Positions 55,031 through 64,000 of a DNA stretch of 64,000 bases are shown piece after piece. The DNA comes from Antedon mediterranea (taxonomy: Eukaryota; Animalia; Echinodermata), in NCBI RefSeq assembly GCF_964355755.1, contig NC_092674.1, positions 12,462,001-12,526,000 of the forward strand, read 5' to 3'. The translations under genes were made by a program, and so were the position numbers. The notes under the pieces were generated by a model. It made no database searches. It saw only the letters and a program-made list of their open reading frames with translations, and was not told where the DNA came from. How positions within the stretch are numbered: position 1 is the first letter of the stretch; each line of letters starts with the position of its first letter.

Positions 55031-56193
55031 TAGCTACAACTTAATCACTCTCTGTGTACCTGTATATAGTGTAAATAAAGTACGGTTGAGAGGATTTAAC
55101 AACAGTCTGTGTCATTTATATAAATAGTGCTACATAAGTAAAGTGTTAACATTAATTCCTATTTTATTATGCAAACATTATAACGAACACTGAATCCTAA
55201 TTATAGTTTTCCAATAAATGCCGAACCAGAATTTGTCTTCATTTGTTCGCAACTGAAGAAAATACATTTTAAGCCTATAGCCTAGATTTCAAAAGTTAAG
55301 CCTTAATTATATTACTTTCACTGCTGGTCTAAAAAGATGAACCATACGAACCCCATAGGCTAGGGGCTTACCGTCATCGTGACAATTATGGTTATCCGCG
55401 TTAACGAACACAGTGTACCAAACATGTTGACCTGAAAACATGTTTTTAGTGTTCTGAATTGTGTCTTTTTTGTGTGTCATATTTAGTGAGAATAACTAAT
55501 AAAGTCATTATGTTATGTTTTCTTCGTATAAAAATAGTGCATTGTGTGTTATATTTTTCTTGATAGTATAATATTCAATTTGTTGGTGAATTGTACTTTT
55601 ACGAGTCCAGTTAAGCATAATTGTGGCACTTATTGTCCAATTCCGAGCCTTTTATCGTCTGACTTGATTTGTAATACTGGTGTCCTTTTTCGTGACATGA
55701 TCTCAAGCTAGTAGATCTCATTGTCCAACTACTGGCTTTCGGCCAATTGTTCTCTTCACCACAAAATCACATCCCTCTCCACTTCAAAATCATGTCTACA
55801 TTCTTGTTGTATTTTGACACCGTGATACCTTTAAAACATTTAAGATGTCGGTGTCTCAACAACTTCCGCCAACATCGGCAAATGGGGCATCACCTGTTTT
55901 TATTCTACTGACATCCTCTGTTCTATTCTTAAATAAGCGTTTATTAAGTTTATCCAGTAAGTTTAACTTAGCTTTGTTAGCATTACTTCTATTACTATGA
56001 ACGCAATTCAAATGAATATGATGACAATTGGTTTTTTTAGTGGGCTGAAATATTAACTTAAATTGACGTAAACGCTCATATACTGGCAGTATTTCTTTTA
56101 TTTAAACCATTTCCCATTCAGAGAACTAAAAAGGAAACACTTTTGTTTCCTTTAGTTATCGCCAAACGCGAGTGTTGTCACACGAAAATGACA

Positions 56194-56375
56194 CAGTCAA
56201 TATCATCGTACTCTAGAATTTACTGGATTTTATATGTTTAATGATAGGGACACGATAATGACGCAACAATTACTCAGTCAATATCATCGTACTCTAGAAC
56301 TTAGTGGATTTTATATGTTTAATGATAGGGACACGATAATGACGCAACAATTACTCAGTCAATATCATCGTACTC
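56194..56375 (+). repeat. 81-bp tandem repeat, ~2.25 copies
   Basis: cagtcaatatcatcgtactc starts at 56194, 56275 and 56356 with near-identical intervening sequence. Confidence 0.9.
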
Positions 56376-57107
56376 GAGGAAATATATACGATTAACGATC
56401 CTCGCAGAAGTACAGTATAGTCATGTGATGCAGTTTCAACCAATCACGTTCATGTATTTACATATATAATATAATAAAAAATGATTTGTTCAATTTTAAT
56501 TAGTTCCCCTCAATGTATAGTCCTTTAAATGTTTCTATTATTATTATTTTTTCCATCTTTTCAGAAAATTGATTACACCACATTCAATTAGATTACTTAC
56601 TTGTCCATAACATTGAACCGTTACGTTCTATCACTTACACTATTAAAATTACACAACATGTGCGCCATAACATTGCTCATATATTCTATACCACAAATGA
56701 TTGTGCAAGCACGCGTATGTATTGATTCAACATTACTTTATTTACCAATTTGGAGTTGGTACAGTATATTCATGTGAAGTATATCTATGGTCAACATTCG
56801 GGACACCAAAGATTTCGGGATTTTACCGAGCTTGGCGTGTTAGTCAGCCGATTGCAAATTCCTACCAAAACGCAACGAACACCATCAAATGAAAACGAGA
56901 TAAAAATATACCAAAATACACTGTACATAATAAAAAGTATGGATGGAGTCGTTTAAGTGATACATATTGCACTTAGATGTTAAACAGATTACCAATTGAA
57001 TAATGATTTCTCACACAGTACCGTTTTACGGTCTTCATAAAATCAAGGCATTTTCGATTCTACACCTTTGGTTTTACTACACAGTTTTAATTTATAGTAA
57101 CCAGTAC

Positions 57108-60096
57108 GTTCAATGGAGTCAGCTAATGTTTATGAACGTCTAATGGCAATAGACGTCACAATAAAAAATTGTAAATTAAGAATTGTGTCTGCGTACTCTC
57201 CTACGGAATCCGGTTCAGAATCATCAAAGGATATTTTCTATGCAAAACTCTCCAAAGTAACAAGAGTCGAGAACAACACAAAACTCTTACTGATGGGAGA
57301 CTTTAATGCAACATCAACAATAACAACCAGAAAATCACTCTTTGATGGAAACCTACATAGATTTCAAGACACAGATGACATTAGTAACGACAATGGCACA
57401 AGACTCATCAACTACTGCTCTGACTTCAAGCTATGCATACTGAACACCTGGTTTGACCATCCAAACGTTCATCGGATCACTTGGCATAGCAACGATGGTG
57501 TTAAAAAGAAAATACTAGATTACAACATATGTGATCACTGGTTGAGGAAGTATGTTACTGACACAAGAGTCTATAACAACTATTATCTTTCGTCGGATCA
57601 TAGAATCCTTGTGAGTAATATGACAACACCAGCCAACAAAGCAGCCAGGTGGAAGAAGCATAAAAAGAAAAAACAGAGCAAGAGAGCCAACATGAGTAAA
57701 CTTAAAGATCGAGAAGTAAGAAATAATGTTAAAACGAAGATAGAAGAAGAAATTAATAAAATTACTTCTCCTGAAAAGACAACAACCACTACATCAACTG
57801 AGCGCTATACAACACTTATGACAGTGCTAAATAAGGCAGTTGAAGAAGTCCCGAAGAAAACAAGAAACCAAAATGCTCATCCCTGGGATGGTGATGAAAG
57901 ACTACAACAGCTTATAAAAGAAAGAAAGAATATTAACAAAAGCATAGTTACCTACAAAGAAGAGGAGATCAAGGCTATGCAGAAAGCAATTAAGATAAGG
58001 GTGAAGGAACTACGGAATGAATATTTGTATGAAGAAGCAAGCAAGTTAAATGAAGCCCACCAAAATAGAAAAATATTTGATTTATGGAGAAAAGCTAAGG
58101 AGCACGGTGATGTTATAAGAAAAGCACCAAAGCCTATAAAATGTCTTGGATTACGTGAACACTTTAAAGATCACTTTAATCCAGACCAATCTAGCCTTAA
58201 AATCCCAGATGAAATTAGCACACCTCCAGAATATATTATCAACCTGAGACAACCAGAATTTGAGATGGACAATGAACCTCCGTCCAAGAAAGAAATTATT
58301 GATGCAATCGGACATCTAAAAGGTCGCAAAGCTACCCTAGATGTCGCTTCTGAAATGTTGCAAGTCGCCACAGAGAACCCAGTATTCGTCGACCATGTAC
58401 ATAGACTGTTTGAGGAAATTTGGAGAACGAAAGAAGTACCAAGTGATTGGGGACTGTCCAAATTAACAACCATTTGGAAAAAAAAAGGCAGTCCACTTGA
58501 TCCATCAATGTATAGAGGAATATCAATTGGGTCTACATTTTCAAAGATACTTATGGTTATCATTCTTTCACGTTTTTCCATCTTTTATGAAAGTCAACTT
58601 CTACGCACACAGTTTGGATTCAGGTCCAACAGAGGGTGCAATGATGCTATATATGTAATCAAGCAGATCCAGGAAATTGCGTATCGCTCAAATCGCAAAC
58701 TCTATACATGCTTCATTGATTTAACAGCAGCATTCGACCATGTGAATCGTAATCTTCTTTTCCTAAGCGTTCGTAATAGGTTTCACTTAAACCAGTCTAC
58801 TACTATGATTGACATTATACAATCACTGTACAGCTCAACGAAAGCATACCTTGCTGACGACGATCCGAGTGATGATAAGTTCGAAACATCTTCTGGGGTG
58901 CGACAGGGTGGTATTGAGAGTACCAGCATGTTTAACCAATATTTTGATTACGTTATTAGAGTGTTCAAACAACGCTGTAAAGATGCTAGTTTGGATGGCC
59001 TAATGATACAATACCTAATTCCTATTGAAGCTACAAATCGTGCTCAAAGATGTAAAGCACCATCAAGGGGCATCTATGACGACTTTGAAAGTGGCTATGC
59101 TGACGACTTTGCTGTAAGCTCCTGGTCACAAGAAGAACTGCAAACCATTGTGAACATCTTGAATAAAGTTTGTCTGGAATTTGGCCTAAGAATTAGTGCC
59201 CCCAAAACAGAAACCATTATATGGAACTGGAAAGAGGAAGTTGAAGAATACCCAAGATGCATCATACAAATTGGCGGCGTACACATTAACAACGTAACAC
59301 ACTTTAGATACCTTGGTGTATGGGCTACCTACAATGATGTTCATATTGGAGATCAAGAAGTAAAATACAGAATCAATTCAGCCAAAGGAGCATTTGCAGA
59401 GAATAGGGCATTGCTTACCAACAGAACGATCCACCTACAAACAAGAATGATGTTTCTTAATGGTCTAGTTAGGAGTAGACTCACCTATGGTTGCCATGCT
59501 TGGAGGGCAACAGGAAGTGAAATGTCCAAACTTAGCACAACATACAAAACCTTCCTAAGAAGAATGCTAGTGAATGGCTTTCAAAGAGTCTGCCCACCAA
59601 ACCATGTAGACATATCCTCAGATGAAGAAACAGATGAAAACTATATAGACTGGCGTTACGTAATTGATAATGACGATCTCTACAAAATTACTGGCTGTCA
59701 ACCGCTAGAAGAATATGTCTACAAGCAACAATTCAACTGGATCGGACATGTAATTAGAAAAGAAAATGAAGATCCTACAAAAATTCTTACTTTTCACACA
59801 ACACAAAGTAAACGAAGAGGTCGGAAGATACCATCAGTACTTGATAGAGTTGTACAACAAAGTCAACTTACTAGATGCAACTTCATTAGAGCCTGCTTCA
59901 ACAGAAATTTGTAATTCCCAGCAATGTTTTAACTGTATATATGAACTGTTTTATAAGTTGTTTTGTGACTGTGTAATTTGGTAGTAGTCACTCTCATACT
60001 GTAGGCCTACATTTAAAAGTAACACATCCAAATGCCAACTTCAAGTCAATGGCTACCAGATGTCTCTGTGAGACGGTTATTTGAACCAGTACCAGT
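57108..60096 (+). mobile_element. RTE-like LINE, slightly 5'-truncated, young
   Basis: Uninterrupted APE-RT ORF; (CCAGTA)n tail; candidate TSD ACCAGTAC (57100-57107, 60097-60104). Confidence 0.88.
57113..59914 (+). CDS. LINE ORF2: partial AP endonuclease plus reverse transcriptase
   Basis: AYSPT, MGDFNA, LDY, SDH; YRGISI, QFGFR, FIDLTAAFDHV, GVRQG, YADD, FRYLG, WIGHVIR; the N-terminal APE motifs are missing. Confidence 0.9.
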   Translation: MESANVYERLMAIDVTIKNCKLRIVSAYSPTESGSESSKDIFYAKLSKVTRVENNTKLLLMGDFNATSTITTRKSLFDGNLHRFQDTDDISNDNGTRLINYCSDFKLCILNTWFDHPNVHRITWHSNDGVKKKILDYNICDHWLRKYVTDTRVYNNYYLSSDHRILVSNMTTPANKAARWKKHKKKKQSKRANMSKLKDREVRNNVKTKIEEEINKITSPEKTTTTTSTERYTTLMTVLNKAVEEVPKKTRNQNAHPWDGDERLQQLIKERKNINKSIVTYKEEEIKAMQKAIKIRVKELRNEYLYEEASKLNEAHQNRKIFDLWRKAKEHGDVIRKAPKPIKCLGLREHFKDHFNPDQSSLKIPDEISTPPEYIINLRQPEFEMDNEPPSKKEIIDAIGHLKGRKATLDVASEMLQVATENPVFVDHVHRLFEEIWRTKEVPSDWGLSKLTTIWKKKGSPLDPSMYRGISIGSTFSKILMVIILSRFSIFYESQLLRTQFGFRSNRGCNDAIYVIKQIQEIAYRSNRKLYTCFIDLTAAFDHVNRNLLFLSVRNRFHLNQSTTMIDIIQSLYSSTKAYLADDDPSDDKFETSSGVRQGGIESTSMFNQYFDYVIRVFKQRCKDASLDGLMIQYLIPIEATNRAQRCKAPSRGIYDDFESGYADDFAVSSWSQEELQTIVNILNKVCLEFGLRISAPKTETIIWNWKEEVEEYPRCIIQIGGVHINNVTHFRYLGVWATYNDVHIGDQEVKYRINSAKGAFAENRALLTNRTIHLQTRMMFLNGLVRSRLTYGCHAWRATGSEMSKLSTTYKTFLRRMLVNGFQRVCPPNHVDISSDEETDENYIDWRYVIDNDDLYKITGCQPLEEYVYKQQFNWIGHVIRKENEDPTKILTFHTTQSKRRGRKIPSVLDRVVQQSQLTRCNFIRACFNRNL

Positions 60097-60312
60097 ACCA
60101 GTACAATAATAGTGTAAATATCAACGATCAGTGTGTTTCTAACAACAAAGGCTAACTTTTTCATGGGATTTACAACGACGTCTTAAGTGCTAGGCATATT
60201 TTAGGTATGTTATTACCGGTTCGCCCTTTAAATTTGAAAATTTAATCATTTGTTTTAATCACACTGAATTATATATATAGCACCCCTTATTAACAATGTT
60301 TGTAACACTTAC

Positions 60313-60411
60313 ATTGGTTGTAAGATCCAAATTAGCACCTGCCTTGAGCAAAATAGTGCAAATATCTGTGTGGCCCTTACTTGCAGCAGAATGCAAAGGT
60401 GTCCATCCATT
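60313..60411 (-). CDS. Ankyrin-repeat exon F: NGWTPLHSAASKGHTDICTILLKAGANLDLTTN
   Basis: 99 bp; tttcAG / GTaagt; phase 0. Confidence 0.92.
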
Positions 60412-62779
60412 CTGAAATATTACAAATATTATGTTATAGTATTTTTCACTTCACATCAAACGTGTACCGCCAAACCAAAACCAGGCGTTTGTCGGCAGCA
60501 AGGGATTTCTGTAAAATGCTTCTGAATGTGTAAAACCTATATCTTGACCATTTTTAGTTTTTTAAATAATCTTACAGAAAATTTACCGTAGATTCCAAAA
60601 ATCTATGTATTTTAAAGAAATTATAAGTATAAATCAATGAAAATAACATTTTAATGAGACCCCCTTTTTCGTCTTTGGTGAAAAAATCAAGTTCTATTCT
60701 GTAATTTGTGTCTATTTCTAACCAACTTTTACCTCTTTGATTATGAGAAGACCCCTTAATGTGTGGTATTTTTAGAAAGCTCGTGAAAAAATCTTTCCAA
60801 AGATAAAGGTTGTAGGTCATGTAAAATAATAGTATAGCCAATCAAACACATTCTTTAATAACCTTTTGGTATAAGCAAACCAGTCTTGTTGCTACGGAAT
60901 CCTGAAACAGGCAATTTGATTGGCTAACAGAGTGGCTCAAGTCATTGAAGCGTTAAATTTGCCTTTAACAGCTATTCAAAGTACACTGAGGAAGCGGTAA
61001 GGTTTTAACAAAACATTCTTACTGTAAAAAACATTCAATATTAATTTATTTTTTTATTTATGCATCCTAGATAATAATAAAACAACATAGAATAGTTTAA
61101 TGATTTATATAATATGAAAAGTAGAAATATTGGCTTCGCTAGCGAATCATAAACAACAAGAGGTTAGAAAGTACGAAATGACTTTCTAGCGCGACACACT
61201 CAGTTTGGTGAACACAGAAACACTTTTGATCAAAATATTAGGCCTAGCCTAGGCATAAGATAAGAGATGAACTGTATGCCAGCTTAGTACTTCAAGTTAG
61301 CCTAGTAAAACCACCTAGCATACCTTGGTCTAGGCCTAGCCCAAAAAAAAAAAGATTTTTAAATGTGTTTAAAAAAGTTTAATTTAATTTTTCATTCTGT
61401 TTTCAGATCTTGATTGGTAAATTAATACTGTAATGTAATACCAATAGTTTTGACAGTGGTGGTGATGCTGTTGCTACTTTCCCTTCTCAAACAACTCCAA
61501 TAATGGTGATACGGTGCTTTATAACTTTACAAAAATGACTTTGATTCTGATGATACATGAAACATGTATTCTATTATGCAACGTAACCCTGAATAAAACC
61601 GTGAAATAATTGTATCGAAAAATATGTATGTATTTAAAAGACCCGGCACAAAAGATGATAATACTGTTGTAACACGCAGCCTGAAATTACCAAAATGTTA
61701 TAATATCTTCGACTCAATGTATTTCATTTCTTTCATGAATATGAACATTTTGTCTTAAATGAAAGTTAAATTGAATTTGAATTGCGTGTTTATTGTAATT
61801 AACAATTGGCTGTAAATTTAATTATTATTATTATTATTATTTATTGCCAAAAACCAGTTACAAACAAACAAAAACACAGAAACTAAGGGAGTAGGCAGGA
61901 ACCTAAAAGTGAACCTAATCACTATAACAAGAGTTCAGGTTCCGTACTCCCAAAGTAACAACAATGATATAAAATAAACTATATAAAAATATTTAAATAA
62001 CAAATAGACGAATCAACAGTGTCAATATAAAATAAACGGATAAAATACATAATAGTCGATTCAACAAAGTCAATATAAAACATGTGATTTAAGTAAATTT
62101 AAAAATGTTGGAAAACTGTCTAAAATTAAAGAATTTTTAATCATTTCCGGTAATTCTTCCCACAACCTAGGGAATATATTAATAGCGGAATGATGAAGAC
62201 AATATAAATTTCTTTAAAATTAATGTAATTATCTGGAAGTCAGAGCGGGTCTTTTGTTCGTTGTGTTTCAGGCTCTCGCTATGTTACAGTTCTGATATAA
62301 GGTTGTGCTGGTTCTTTTGTTTCTGTTGTGTTTAAGCGCTTGCTATGTTCATATTTTTTAAGTACTAAGCTTAAACTTGTATATGTATAAGCAACTGATT
62401 TACCATTATGTTAACTAGAATCATGCTTACAATTAATTCTAATTACATTTACAATATTTATCTTAGTTTTGCTCGATCATATGTATAATAGTCAGGAGTT
62501 ATCACGAGTTGATGCTGTGTCATACGTTTGGTGTTATATAACTTGAGGTACTATTATATTGTTCGTTGTTGGATTGGTGTTGTGAATTATTACATACTGA
62601 TATAAGCCTAATTGACTGTAAGATAGAGTTGTTGTTATTTATTTATTAATATTTTGCAGGGCTTGAATTCTTGTACTTGAAATGATTTGTATAATAATTT
62701 GATGCTGGAGTACAATACGAATTAATAAATCGGACTGAAGGAAAGAATCAAAGTGTATTCTTCTTTATTTGTTTGGAAC

Positions 62780-64000
62780 CACGACATTAATCTTATGAGA
62801 ATTAGTTGTATAAGAACAATATTACTTTTTTTAACATTTTATAATAAAAATAAATTCCCCTTGATTAAAAAAGTACAACACCGTGTGATAACTGAAAACA
62901 ATTGTATAAATATGCTTGATAAATAAATAGATATAGCATTAGCAGTTAATGAATTATTCAACAAGTATAATTGTGTTTGTTTTATAATACAATATTCTGT
63001 GTATAAATGTACGTGGCTGGGCGTTTATTAGAGGGTGGAAGTTGGATATTCCAAAGATGTTTTATTGGGGAGGGGGCGTTTATTCAAATAAATGCGGTAG
63101 GCTTAATTGGTATAATCAATACATTATTTAGTTCAAATCAAACACCAAATAATGACAATCATCAGTGGGCCGTTAATAAAGATACACGCTCTAAACGGCT
63201 TAAAATATGGGCCAAAGCACCCGGGTCTCAATAGCGATGCAGTACATGCAGATAGCGCGCAATCTGTTCAAACCTAACATCAACTCAACAACTCTGGTAC
63301 CATTCGGCTATATTGATTTCTGATATAATTTTATATACTGATTTTACAATTTTCCCTGCAAAATACTTCCAATGATTTTTTAATATAATGCATTTGTTTT
63401 TTGTTTGTTTGTTTTTTTTTTTGCAGTATAATTTCATTTTGTTTAAACTACACTAGCGTGGCCCGTGAAAAAAAACCTAAAATATATGTTTCGCCGTCAA
63501 CGGCAAATATTGGAGGAGAGCAAAAACTACATCAACCCGGCGGAAATCACTTTTATACCGCGGACGGTTGAAAATCTGCCAACGAAATCAGAAATGTTGT
63601 TTTAAAACCTTTTATAATATCTGCCTAAGAGAGAAACATTATTTAAATGTAAGTTTCATCTGAGATAGATAAGGTAGGTATGCAAGGCGGAAATCTTGTT
63701 ATATTGTGCTTAAAAGTAATTATAATTTAAATATAGATACACTAACATTGACCTCGCGGAGCACATTTAGCTCGTAGTATCATGTACGTGCACATAACAT
63801 TGCATTGGTAAGTCACAAACATATTAGTGAAATGCACAACATTGCAGTAATAGTTATTAATTTATAAAGGTTATGAAATAATCAAATTAAACAAGATAGG
63901 GTCTATCCTTTAATACACGTACAAAAAAAACAACAGTTATCTAACAACACGTCCTTACTTTAGCAACTGAACGAACGAAAGATTATATTATGCTTAATTC
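62780..64000 (+). repeat. Intronic scaffold of the exon duplication unit
   Basis: Paralogous to 12480-12920, 16830-17200, 25775-26165 + 28125-28660 and 44615-45203. Confidence 0.8.

Noticed and set aside
56194-56375. CRISPR-like array
   Set aside because: The 'spacers' are near-identical, the context is eukaryotic and no cas genes are present; it is a simple tandem duplication.

Overview
AT-rich, transposon-dense eukaryotic (metazoan, probably invertebrate) DNA with no prokaryotic features. The host gene is on the minus strand and the ORF track shows it only in fragments. It consists of six paralogous ~99-bp phase-0 exons, each encoding one 33-aa ankyrin repeat (five intact, one dead), spread over 18.1-60.4 kb. 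Each exon carries duplicated intron flanks, and amino-acid variation is concentrated at ankyrin ligand-binding positions. Inserted elements include a full-length young Gmr1-type Gypsy LTR element (integrase upstream of RT), an Academ-type DNA transposon, non-autonomous Helitrons, a chimeric 5S/tRNA SINE, RTE, Rex1/Babar, Tx1, CR1 and L2 LINE pieces, and MITEs. There is also a triplicated 4-5 kb block and a near-perfect 1.29-kb inverted duplication with templated junction insertions. All comparisons were made by eye and family names come from recalled motifs, not database searches.
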